This document shows, one piece after another, positions 49,497 to 62,243 of a DNA stretch of 64,000 nucleotides (the first letter of the stretch is position 1; every line of letters begins with the position of its first letter). The position numbers and the translations under genes are program-made. The notes beneath the pieces are model-generated. The model had not been told where the DNA came from and made no database searches. It saw only the letters and a list, made by a program, of their open reading frames with translations. The DNA is from Saccostrea cucullata (taxonomy: Eukaryota): assembly GCF_032062105.1 (NCBI RefSeq), contig NW_026918900.1, positions 62,001 through 126,000 on the forward strand, given 5' to 3'.

Positions 49497-51230
49497 GTTG
49501 AAAACAATACATAAAATGCAAAACATTTTCTGAACTTAATTTAGTAATGAAAACAGGAAAATAATATTTTTAATGCAATACACAATTACGCATAAATATC
49601 AAACATTTGTATAAGAAATCTTCAACAGTATATTCTCTTTGGAAATGACAAATCCAATGCAAAAAGTGATATCCTGATGGATAATGATTTTAGAACATCC
49701 ACATCCAGAAGTTTTTTTTAATAATAAACAAACGTCTCATCCTCTTCACAACAGTTGTAAATGAATGCTGGACGTAGTAGATCCATTCCATGAATGTTTA
49801 AAAATATATTCAACAACAATTTAAATTTTAAAAAGAGAATTAAGGCATGTTTCCTGATGAAATGATAACCTCACTAGATGCACTGCAGGAGGAATCATTT
49901 TTGGGACAGGGATCACAAATTTTCATCTTTTTCATACACTTGCCATTCTCTGAATCCCCATATTCCCATGGATTATTTCATTTACTCTCTGCTACTATTC
50001 ATTGTTGGTTCAAATGTAGGATAAAACTGTAATAGATTTGTGGCCCGTTTTCTCTTTTATTAGCTGCTCCTCAATCTCGGCTTCATACAAGCGGGTCGCC
50101 GGTGTTGTTCTCAAAGAATATGTTTCGTATAGTGTCCCTTAAATCCTGATTGTTCACAAACATTGCGATATTTTTTGTCAAAACTTGAACACTAACTTCA
50201 GATTCTACATACCTACAGGCCTTTGCTTGTGTCTACATGTACCTACTTTCGAGTATTTACTAACCTTTTCCTGTATTTTGGAGAAGTATGCATTACTTTC
50301 TCCATCCGATGAGGACATCGTCTTTCATGAAGCTTTACATAGGAAGTAGTCAGAAATCAAGTGAGCTATCATTTAAATCTAAATTTACCTGGCACTGTCC
50401 ATTAAGTTAAACAATACAGCTATATTGTTTTCACCCCTCTTATCTATGGACTATCAAGTGTATGCCGTAATCATTGCAAATACATCACCATCACCTGGGA
50501 CAGTTTATTAAGTTAACAATAAAGAAAATGTTTTAAGTAGGATAAAGTCCTCAAACTGTCCAATCTATGAGAGAAAAAAACTATCGAACAGTTCTTTCTC
50601 TCACAGAATGGACAGTTTTCGGACTTTCTCCTTTACGTAATTGCTGTTGGCCACTAGAAATACCAATTTTATATGATTTTCATTCAAAGTCTCCAAACTC
50701 AATTTTAACGCCATTTATAATAAATATTAATGATTTCTAAATATACGCTTAAATTCTTTTATATGCAGGTGCATGTAATGTTTTGTCAAGGAGTGATTTT
50801 GTGTATTTTACTTTTATTTTGATGTTTCAGCATCTGTGTTGTATTTATCAAATTTGACATCTACTCTGCAGAAACCATAACTATATAAGCATTATCACGT
50901 GACAAAGATCCTTGGTATCAGCACGTGGTTCATTTTTCTCGATGAATCCAATTGATGAGCAAATGCAATAAAATTTTCATTTTTTTTTTATTTATTTATT
51001 TGTATTGCTTTGAAGACAGACTGAAATAAAAATGATCAAGTGCTGGTGCTATCTCAGCTTTGAATATCTTGACAGTGCTTTCATTGCATGGATCGATACT
51101 TTTATAAAATTGTGAAAGTACTTTTTGAAATGCTAGATTTTGTTAGCGGCCGATTTGATGCTTTGCATCAATTTTACTTGTATACTAAAGTATATTTATT
51201 TCATTTATTTGACACCACAGTCACATATAG

Positions 51231-52400
51231 TTAGATGATCTAGACTTCGCGGATGACCTGACACTCCTATCACACATTCAGGCACAAATGTAGGAGAAAA
51301 TGACAAAGGTGTTCGAAACATAAGCACAGATAGGACTCAACATCAATATTGCAAAAAGATCCTAAGAGCAAACACACCATCACAAACAAATCATTGGTTA
51401 TTATATAGAAGGAAAGGAAGGAGAACATTTCACCTGCTTTGGTAGTATAATGGACCAACAAGGAGGAACAGAAGCGGACATAAAAGCAAAAATAGGAAAG
51501 GCGAGAGTAGCATTCCTGCAACTTAGAAACATATGGAAGACCAAGGGAATTACAACATGCACCGAAGTTAGGCTTTTTAATAGCAACGGTAAGGTTGTGT
51601 TCTTCTGTGGTTCTGTTGGAGACATGGAGGATGACTGTCACAACAACAAACAGGATCCAGACATTCATCAACTCGTGTCTGAGACGCATACTCCAGATTA
51701 GATGGACCGACAAAATCAGCAACATCGATTTCAATAATGTTTAAAATCATAATTAAAAATTATTGGTGGTGATTAAGTTTGAATCTAACTAACCACTACC
51801 GTAAATTTTAGCTATGATAGTAATGCTAGGCTTAAAACACTATTACTTTTTAATAATATTCCTGTATATAAGGTTTTCTACGACAAATACGTTGTGAAAT
51901 GTTTAGCAGAAAAATGAAAAAAAAAAAAAAAAAAAAAAGGAAAGAGAGGGTAAGGAAGAGGGAGTGAGTGGTGCGAGAGAAAATATGCTAGGAGAGGGAG
52001 ACATAGGTTAGGGAAAAAACTAAAGGGAAACTTTTCCCTTTACTTTTACCTGCCCTATACCTATGCCTATTAGACCCCCTACTCCTGGTTGGAGTGGGGA
52101 GAAATTGTGGCAAAAAACAAACCGAGACCCTAAAGAAGAAGAAATAATGCAAAGATGGAAGTGGATAGGGCATACTCTACGCAAGGCCCACAATAACATC
52201 ACAAGGCAAGCCTTTCCAGGAATCCTCAAGGCAAACGTAAGAGCTAGAGGCAGGCTATGCAAAGAACACCTGCATGGCGGAGAGATTTGGAGGTAAACAT
52301 CAAAAGATTGGACAAGAAATGGAAAAAAAAATAGAAAGCATTGCTCAGGATAGGGAGGCCTGGAGGATTTTTAATCTTGTCAGATTCCAAAGGGGTAGCA
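51231..52400 (+). mobile_element. 5'-truncated RTE-clade LINE, interrupted at ~51730-52095
   Basis: LDDLDFADDL, MDQQGGTEADIKAKIGKARVAFLQLRNIW and [11 protein letters not shown] motifs, with frameshifts. Confidence 0.85.
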
Positions 52401-53827
52401 GGCATAAATAAGTAAGTATATATTTCAACTTATATACTTGATAATTTATAACTCGAACAGGTTTACAATTAATGTACCAAAGTAGTTTAAAAATTCGTAT
52501 AGCTAAAAAAAAAATCTTGTAAATCATCCTTGTTAATTAAATAATTTACACTGCTTATGACCCTCAAAATATTGTCTATTGATAGTTTTTGCTTGTCAGG
52601 GATTTTTCCTTGGTAGTGCCCCCTTCTTTCTATCATTTCTAACCACTGTAATCGCGCGAAACTGGGAGGGAAAAGTCTTCTAGATTGTCCTTAGTATTTT
52701 CATTTGATTTTCAATATGTCAGAGGTAAAGAATTTAAAAAAAAAAAAAAAAAAAAAAAGCATTCCCACTAATAATTTTAGAAATCTTTACTAATAGTCAA
52801 CCACTAGTTTTTGCACGGATCAACATCAAAGAATTAAAATTTTAGTCTACCATCTGCTCAAACGTTTAATATTAAGTTACATGACGAATAGACAGGAAAC
52901 CGCATCTACCACAGGAGGGGGTAAATAAAGTATATTCGACTCCCGACTCCAGAATATTAATTTAAAAAAAAATCTGTCCTGAACAATATTGGATCGGGAG
53001 TCGGAAAATAAAAATTTGATTTTATCATAATATACGTTACAGTGTTCCCAGAGAGACAAGTATTTTCTGATAAGTATGAAAACTGCATCTTTTTTTGTTT
53101 TTATTTGCGGCAGAATGAAAAAAAGATGAAAAAAAAATTGTGAGAATTAGGGGGTCCCAAAACATGCAGTTTTACTAGATTTACCGCTAGCCTTAGTAAA
53201 AAGTTTGGTAACTCTGAAATAAATTATTGGCAGACAGGGGGGTTAAAAATGCAAGGTATTTTCAATATATTTTTTTAATACTAGTAGTAATGTTGCACAT
53301 AGTTGGATAACAAAATTCACAATTTTATCTTTCCATTGATATGCAGAAGTCTATGTAACAATCCTCCATTTTATTTTTTTATAGGGGTCAGTTTTGCTTG
53401 GGTTTGATAATATACATAAAACTGTGATTTATATTCAATAATCTTTGTTTTATACAAAAACCAGATCTTGACATTCATTACAAATTATGCCATGTGGCAC
53501 AAGAGGAACATAATCTGATAATCAGATAATGTTAATATTGATGATTAGATAAGAAAAAAAAACTGTGTTTACGTTCATTATCTATTAAAAATTTTATTTA
53601 TTGAATGTGTGTTATGGATGAACATCTGATCAATATATTAGAATTAATATTTGACTAGGCCTATCAATTTAAGGGTGAAAACATGATCATGATATTCCTA
53701 AAGTGAAAATTTCCGATTCCTTTTGTTTCGAGCAATCAGCAAAATGTAAATGACCATAATTCCCGGATTCTGATATATAAATCTACATTTATTTTGAGCA
53801 GATAGGTAGACCTTGGAAAAAGACATA

Positions 53828-56800
53828 ATGTCTGAACACAAAGGAAACCAGCAGTTAACAGGATATGAAGTAAACACAACTGTCGCTGATCTTAAGAAAG
53901 AGATGGCAGATGGGACAAAACTCAGGGTTAGTCCACAAAGTTCTCCAAAAAGACTACAGAAGAAAGCCAGTAAAAAGTACTGGACTGTCCGATTCTACAA
54001 TACAGAAGAAGCCGCGACAAAATTGGACGGACTGTCACTAGCCAACTGTAACCCGACGTCAGAACATGGTTCTGTATCAGAGAGGAAGGATTCAAATCAA
54101 GACACTAGTCAACCATTATCAGGTATGTTACTGTAAAATTAAATATTTTTTGGGGGGTCAAACTTTCAGTGTTTGAGGGGAAAATATTTGTTTGTGGGGA
54201 TTTGATTTTGTGGATAAATTAAAGATTGTTAAGCTGTTAAGTAGTAATGCATTTGAAATTTTTCATTTCGTGGTGGTCATGAATTCGTGGGTCTTTCCAA
54301 ACCTTGAAAACAATGAAAATTAAACACCCACGAAAATCAGTGATTTTACATTATGTTTATGGATAATGCCCTTGTTTATGTTGTCACACATGAATTATCA
54401 TATGAATTATATTATTAAGGGAATGGCAAAGACAGACGTTTAACTCTTTAAAATGAAAATAATTTTTTAATGTAATTATGAAAATTTTGTTTAAAATAAG
54501 AATAAGATGAAATGAAACATAAGCAATTTGAATAAATAGCACAGACTAATAGAAAATAAAATCATTGTTGAAGATAATTAAGAAAAAATAAGTAGGACTT
54601 GCCTGTCTAAGAAAATGATATCAGTTTGAATAAAGAATTGTGTTTGATATAAAATTCTTAAATTTAATATGTTTTGAATTTTTTTTACCAGACCAGCTCT
54701 CTGCATCAGAAACAAACCCAGAGCTAACAACCATTATACAGGTCCCAGAGAGGATGGCATGTAATTCCTGTGGTGTGGAGTTCCAGAGTAGACAAGATCA
54801 GGTACCTTAAAGCTAGACCAGATACCTTAAAGCTAGATCAGATACCTTAAAGCTAGGTCAGATACCTTAAAGCTAGATCAGATAACTTAATGCTAGGTTT
54901 GATTAACATACATGTATTCATCTTCAGAATCCAATTATTTTTATTGGATACTGTGCCCTTTATTTCTACAAAGGAATAAACTCAACACTAAACTTACTAC
55001 ATGTACAAATAACCAGAGATTGAGCACCAATGTTAACAAAACAAATTTTAATGAAAAATAATTGTAAAATTGTAGAAAGAGCACTTTAAATCAGATTGGC
55101 ATCGCTATAACCTTCAGAGGAAACTCAAAGGAAAAACAAGTCTTAAAGAGGAAGAATTTGAGGATATTTGTGGTAAAGTGTAAATTTTATTTTTGCAATT
55201 TTACCAGGTAATCTTAAAAATTTCAATAGTAAAAGAAATGCTTGATCAAGCTATATTTAGACCTGCAAAAAATGTCAAGTACAGTATTTTCTATTACTTA
55301 TAAGTCTAATTGAAATACGTATATATCTTTTGTACATTATTTTGTATGTGATTATTTAAATATGTAGTATATAATTGTTGTATATAATTGTAATAAATCT
55401 GTCTGTAATGTAATCTGTTTTCTGTACATAATTATGATAATTGTAATAAATCTGTATGTAATGTATTCTGTTGTAAATTCTTCTGTACATAACTGTAAGA
55501 AATCTATAATACATTGTCCTGTTTGTAATTAAGGTTCCGTCTCAAGCATCTCAGGTTCAGATTCTGACTCGGAAAATGAGGAGACCACTCCCCCCAAACT
55601 TCCCCGCCCCTTACAACTCAAGCAGCAAGACGAGGATCTCAGCAGCTGTGACAGCGAGAGTGAAGTGGGCGGGGCCTCAGAGGGAGAAATGGGTGGGGCA
55701 TCCAATGAGAGCGCCAGGAAATATCCTAAAATATTCTTCCGTAATTCGGAGGGTCTACTGGTGTCTGTGTACAGATGTGTTGTACATCATAAAAAGGTAT
55801 GAAGGTATTTTCAACCATATTTTTTAATTGACAATGTATGGATTGATCTTCAAATTTATTTGATTCAGAAATATTGTTTTGTGTGTATGGGTGGTTGGGT
55901 TGGGGGGTAGTCATCATTTGTATTCATCAGTAAGATTTGCAGTGATGATATATATAGTAGCTGTAAAACTGCAGTTCACCTAATACAAGTGTACCCCTTC
56001 ATCAACTATCATTTCTTCGTTTAGGTCAAAGTTCAGAATCATTCAGAACTGGTTTCCCTGGTAAACAACATTACACAGGAGATGAAGTGGGCCGTTTTAA
56101 TGTGTGGAGGGGGTCATTTTGCAGGAGCTGTTTTTGATAAGTAAGTATGGCCACAAATTACAACATAGTCAATTGCAAATAAATTACAAGTACATGTACA
56201 TACACCTAATTTGTCTTTTCATTTGGGAAAATTAATTTAAGAAAAATTTTTTAAATGATATGCATTTTTATTTTCTGATATGATTTGATTACATATGATA
56301 TAGAATTTAAAATAAAATTATACATAATGAAATTATTTCTTATAAACTGTTTGGAGTTTTATCATGTTTTGTTTGATTAAAATTGAAATTTTAAGCTTTT
56401 TATAATTGAAGTTTATTTAAAATCAAGAAAAAATTTGTAGGGAGAAACTGATCCTCCACAAGACGTTTCATCGCTATGTAGTGAGGGCTAAAAGGGGCAC
56501 GGCACAGGGAACACGAGACAGTCAGGGAAATGCCCCTAAGTCTGGTGGGGCCAGCATAAGGAGACACAATGAGGCAGCATTAAAGGAGGTTAGTGAGGCC
56601 CCCAAAGGATGTGTTCCTTGATTGTTTTGTCAAATTTATTTACGTAGACTTTTTTTGTATTCATAGAGTACTGTAAACCAACTATTATTCGTTTGCGAGA
56701 AATGTCATTGAGTTTCGCGACCAACTATTACTTATGAATTTTAATAGCCATGAAACATTTATTTAGCTTTATATTGATAGAGAATGTTAAACTTTGCGGA

Positions 56801-59800
56801 CTGATTGCAAACTGACACAGCAAATTGAAATGTGAATAATAGATGACAGAAATAGGAGTTGGTTTACAGTATTCTGTTGGAAATTTTTATTGCTTTGTTG
56901 ATTTACAGTATTCTGTTGGAAATTTTTGTTGCTTTGTTGGTTTACAGTATTCTGTTGGAAATTTTTGTTGCTTCTTCTGAAAGTTTTACTTTCAGTTCAT
57001 TTTCTGTCGGAAATTTTTTTTCAATTCATAATTCAAAAAAAAAAATTCACACAGGAAATCAAGTCATTGTTGGAATCTTGGAAAGGAGCGTTAGACAGCT
57101 GTGACAGAATATTCATTAGGGCTGAAGGGGAATTTAAATTGTTAAAATGAAGGGACAAGTCCCCTTACAAGGGGAGATAATCAAGAAAAGACAAAAACAA
57201 AAGAATATTTCTACACGGGAAGTCCCCACCCTTTAACAAAGACGACCAGAGAGTCCGAATGATTCCATTTCCCACACGACGCCCCACTCTTAATGAAACC
57301 AGAAGAGTGTTTGAAATGTTATCTTCCATTGAGTGTTATGGTAACTGGTTTTACAGACTGTTTAGGTTTTTAGTTTACCTTATAGCTGACTCAATTTGAG
57401 TGTTTTTTCTCTTTTTCTTGTTATGAAAAATTCTTTGAAAATCTTCTTTTCAAGAACAACTGGGCCAGAAAAGCTGAAACTCATGTGGAAGCACCCTGGG
57501 GTACTGTAGATTCTAAATTGTTCAAATCATGACCCCCGAGGGTAGGGCGGGGCCACAATGGGGAATAAAAGTTTTACTTTTACCTATAGTCTGAAGAACT
57601 CACTGTTATGTCTATAGTATACATGTACATTGGATATATAAAACATTACTATTACCTGTATGTAATAAGATATTGACTATTTGAAGACATCTCATACAGG
57701 AATGATAAGCTGACATTCAGATTTTTTAAAAAAGTATTTTAATATAAATGTATATACTTTTAAAGAAAGTTACTGATTTATCCTTAAAGCACACCCAGCA
57801 AAACTAACAACTCAAGTCAAATTTTTTTTAATATGATACAATGTACCTTTTTCTTTGTACCTGCAGGAGAAGAGGCAGATATCCAGAATTATGTTCCCAT
57901 TTCCCCACCTGTGACCTTTAATGCAGCCCTGGGTCAGTTGGAGGTCGTCAATAAGGACCCACAGAAGGGACGACAGAGAAGATTGTCAGAAACCAGAAGA
58001 GTGTTTGAAATGTTATCTTCCATTGAGTGTTATGGTAACTTATTTTACAGACTGTTTTTTGTTTTTAGTTTACCTCTGACACTAGTTCTAAAAAATAATG
58101 TAAAAGAGAAGGTTCTATTGAGGGCACAACAAATACAGGTCTTAGGTGGGTAGTTTGGTTAGTTTTGATTCGGTAATTGATGATCAAGGAGTTTGATTTT
58201 AAAATTAACATTACAGAAAAACTTAGTCAAAACGAAGTCACTGGGACCAATAAAATTACTTAGCTATATCAGTAATTCGTTATATCTGTATAAGGAATTC
58301 ATTAAATTTATATAGCTTGGGATCCTAGATAACTTAACTATATCTGTGAATTCGCAAAATCCCTGTTTGAACTAAACAACTTTTACTGTATAGTGAAAAA
58401 ATTGTCTCAAATCCGGAGGTTGTTTATTCCAAAATTTTGCCCAATAAAATACTAACTTTCAATAACTTTGTTTTCCTTTTAGTAAATTCAGTTGTATGAA
58501 ATGTTGTCTTAATATCCAGAATGTTTTTACTGTATATAGTGAAAAACTTGTCTAATCCAGATGTTATGTATAAGTTCAATTTCATTGGAACCAGTGGTAT
58601 CTAAACTACAGAAGTTTTTACTGTATTTCATTTGCAGAACACAGAGGATTCTTTCAGGATTTCTTTGTATTTGAGTAAAAGTCAATCCATTTACTGTTAA
58701 TTTAATAAAAGCAATATTTTATCTATAAAAGTGAATGAGATTTGGGCAGCTGGCACAATCTTAAAATTTGATTTGATTTTAGAAGATGAGATGCAGAATG
58801 AAAATCAGCCCTCCTCCTCTGGAGGGTCCACCACAAGTGATGCTGATCTTGTGGAAACCATGGGGACACTGTCCACATTAGAGCTGCAGGAGTTTGAAGC
58901 CACGAAGAATCCAAACAGAAAGAAAAACAAAAACAGACGAAGGAGATTGTCGAAACATCAGCTGGAACCAGAGACAGACCCGTTAGGTAACTCAGATCCT
59001 TTCACTAGTTACTGTATTAAAATCAACTTTTATTCAGGATCAAGACACATCTGTTAGTTTTATGACCTTCTTTTACATACAAATGTTTCTCATAATGAAG
59101 ATTTTTGTCAACAATTTATTAATAGCACTGTTGCCCAGGTTTTGAAAATCAGTAGTCTTTGATGGATTCAAAAAAGAAGAATCATGAATAAAAGATGTTG
59201 CAAATAATATTTGGTTTACATGACTTGGATATATGTAGAATATAGACAAAGTGCTGTCCTATAGGCATGTTTGGGAGGGTGAAAAGAGAACTCATAACAG
59301 TTTTTTTACATGCTGGAAAAATAAGAATTTGTTGACAACTTGAAAATGTATGCTAAATTGGATTAATTACTGAAACAAGAGGAAGGGTGCTTAATTATAT
59401 TAAAAGAAATTAATTCTTTTTACTTGTATATATTTTCAGAAGAGGAAAAATATCACCTGAAAAATTCACTGTTTACAGCTTGTAAAACAGGAGATATAGA
59501 AACACTTAGAAATTTAATGGCTGTTTTCTCAAAGAGTGTTCCAAAATTAGAATCACCAGAAAAAATTCCACATGGGACAGAAAAAAATTTTCATACTAGC
59601 ACTTTACAGCATTGTCAAAATAATAGTGAAAATAGTGAACTGACCTCTAAGATATATAGTGATTCAACGAATTGTGATGTACAAAACATAAATAGACTAG
59701 AGAATTTAAATGAAAAAGAGTCTATTTCTTCTGTGAACTTATCAGCACCTTCTGAAAATTCATCAGAAAATCTGATACAAAAAGAGCTTTTGCAAAGACC

Positions 59801-62243
59801 ATCAGGTAAAGCAGACAGTCGACCAGGATCATCAACTTCAGAGGAACTCTTGTCACCAATAGATACCAATGACATGCTAAATGAAGCAATAGGAGACAAT
59901 AAATTGACTTTGTTACACATTGCTGCTAAGGAGGGGCATGGGAAAGTCATCAAGATACTAATGGAGAGTGGTGCTAACCCAGCTGCAAGGTACGATGGAA
60001 TTTCAGGAAATAAAGTTTGCCCATTTTGGTACAGGTCCAGAGCTCTTATCTTTTCAATTGGGATTTAAAATGTGTTTTAAAAAGGGTCAAATTTTGGAAA
60101 TATTTATACTCTGACATTTGTTTCATTGAAATAAAAGAACAAACTATGAAATATTGTGTGATTTAAATGTGGTTGTTAAAGTCTGCATAATTTAATTAGT
60201 AGACACACTGTTATGAAATCAAGATTTCTATTTATTAATTTTTTTGGCTATAATTTTTCAAAAATTTATTTTTAAATCAAATTCTCTTAGAGAATATGAA
60301 TAAGAAAATGCTACCATATATACAGCTGTACATATTTCTAATTCTTTGATCCTTAATTATTCTTTCAATTCTACTACATGTACATGAATATTCATTTCAC
60401 TAATACAAAATTCACAATATCACAACAACCTACATGCATCATTTTCTTTTAGAGATAAATTTGGCCAGACTCCATACAACCATGGAAAAGATAAGGAGAC
60501 AAGGAATGAATTCAGGAAGTTTATGGGCCGTTATCCTGATCGTTATGATTATAAAACAGCACAGGTATGTCGCAAGGTAGAGCAGGGCATGAAATACGTG
60601 TGTATACATGTATATACCATAGCCTTTTGTTTGTTTATTATTTTCAATTTTGTATTTTAAAGTTCCAATGTAGTTGAATTTTTCATTGCTTTGATCATGT
60701 TAATTTTTGTCAAGAGGTTCCTTTTATTATTTGAAAGAAAATGCTTTTAATTTTTTTTTTATTGGAAGTAAGGAAAAAGTAGTAAATAGTTGATTTAGGT
60801 CTTTCTTTGATCTGTAACATTTTCATATTATTATTTAAACCTTTCTTTCACTTATTTTCATTAAACCTTTTTAATGTTCTTGGTTTTAAAATAAATAAAA
60901 AGTAACAATGTTAAGATTTTATAACATCATTTTTAAAGGGCTTCCTGCATTTGACTACAATAGAGAAAGGATGTCAAGAAAAAGTTTTAGTTCTAAAAGC
61001 AATATTTGGACGTATCTTGAAATCTAATCTTATTTTTCTTTTGAACATGAATATAATTAAAAGATATTGAATCAACCCCCTTTTATCTTATTTTTGTGGA
61101 TGACATTTAGTATCTGTTTTAAATGTATTTAGAAATCTTTGAAGAAACCATAAACCTCCGTATCTAATATTTTGACTATGCATTTAGATCTATATTAATA
61201 ATATTTTGATTTTTGGTAGATTCCAAGTGCATTAACAGATGATATGGAGCAAGAAAGAAAACAGAAAGCAGCAGAGAGGAAAAAATTACAGAAAAAAGCC
61301 AAACAAGAGAGAATGAAAGTAAGATAGAGAGAAAGATAGAAATCCCCCAAAAATGGCAGAGTAACATGACTGTACACAAATACAAAAATATTCAACCACC
61401 TAAAATCCGTTAAAATTTGATTCTGGTACATGCATATTTCGAATATGCATTCAGCTTTAATGTTCAGAATTTGATTCACCTAGCAGAAGATGTATATTTT
61501 TATTCATAAAAAGATTTCGATAAAAGATTTTTGTACATACATGATCATTTTAGTATGCTAAAATTAATCTACAGTTGGATTTTTAAAATTGTTTTTATAA
61601 TTTTGAGAGTACTATTTTTACCATGTGCTGCATCATATTAATGATTTTTTCCTTCATGAAGGAAAAAAGGGAGGAAGAAGCTGTAAAAGAAGCAGAGGAA
61701 AGAGAGAAGAAAAGATTCCTGGCTCTGTCGGATAGAGAGAAGGTAAAAATGAAAATCACTTTTGTGGGAGAGAGAGAATGAAAGATTTCTTTAACTTTCT
61801 TACACCTTTGAGAAGGTAAAAAAAACAAAAAAGTCATACTGCTTTACTGTAAATCACTTTTTGTATGATAACTATTTCTGTGTAGTTTTGTATAAATGAC
61901 TATCTGGGAAAAATCTTTTGCAAATATATTTTAAATTATTTTAGACTAAAAGTTGTTTTATATTACATGTTTACTTAGATACTGTAAACTAAAGTTAGAC
62001 CATGTAAACACAGAAAATTTGCTAATTCAAAAAATTAATATTTGACACATGTGTACTATATGTAGTAGCAAACTTCAGGTACATGCCACATTTTGTTGGT
62101 CAGATATATGTGCATATACTAAAATGTTTAGTACTTAGGTAATTGTTTGGTAATACTCAAACTTTGTTTTAGCGTGCCCTTGCAGCAGAGAAGAGGCTAC
62201 TGAAAAACATTGAGGGGACAGGGCAAAAATCTCCAGTTTTGAG
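53828..62243 (+). CDS. ANKZF1: ANKZF1/Vms1 (C2H2, VLRF1, ankyrin, coiled coil), 3'-incomplete and apparently disrupted in exon 57055-57340; exons 53828-54122, 54692-54801, 55076-55172, 55534-55796, 56025-56140, 56441-56588, 57055-57340, 57867-58034, 58783-58986, 59440-59989, 60453-60564, 61220-61318, 61662-61742, 62173-62243
   Basis: [14 protein letters not shown]|[13 protein letters not shown] zinc finger; [16 protein letters not shown]; [18 protein letters not shown] (catalytic Gln); IPFPTRRPT; ankyrin [11 protein letters not shown]; [14 protein letters not shown]; [10 protein letters not shown]|RALAAEKRL. All introns GT-AG with consistent phases. In-frame TGA 57148-57150 and TAA 57178-57180 lie inside an insertion. 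Confidence 0.9.
54796..54897 (+). repeat. 20-bp minisatellite (~5 copies) starting at an exon/intron junction
   Basis: GATCAG(G/A)TACCTTAAAGCTA repeated. Confidence 0.9.
56859..56972 (+). repeat. 39-bp tandem repeat x3 (intronic)
   Basis: TTGGTTTACAGTATTCTGTTGGAAATTTTT(A/G)TTGCTTTG. Confidence 0.9.
57380..57600 (-). mobile_element. HINE/Cg170-related fragment in an ANKZF1 intron
   Basis: AAAATCTTCTTTTCAAGAAC..TTGTTCAAATCATGACCCCC..GGGGCCACAATGGGG, typical of the reverse strand of these elements. Confidence 0.55.

Noticed and set aside
49700-50400. Coding-like minus-strand sequence
   Set aside because: Multiple stops and no recognisable domain; probably a decayed TE, but I cannot assign it.
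57148-57150. Selenocysteine or readthrough TGA in ANKZF1
   Set aside because: A second in-frame TAA follows, and the segment is repeat-derived.
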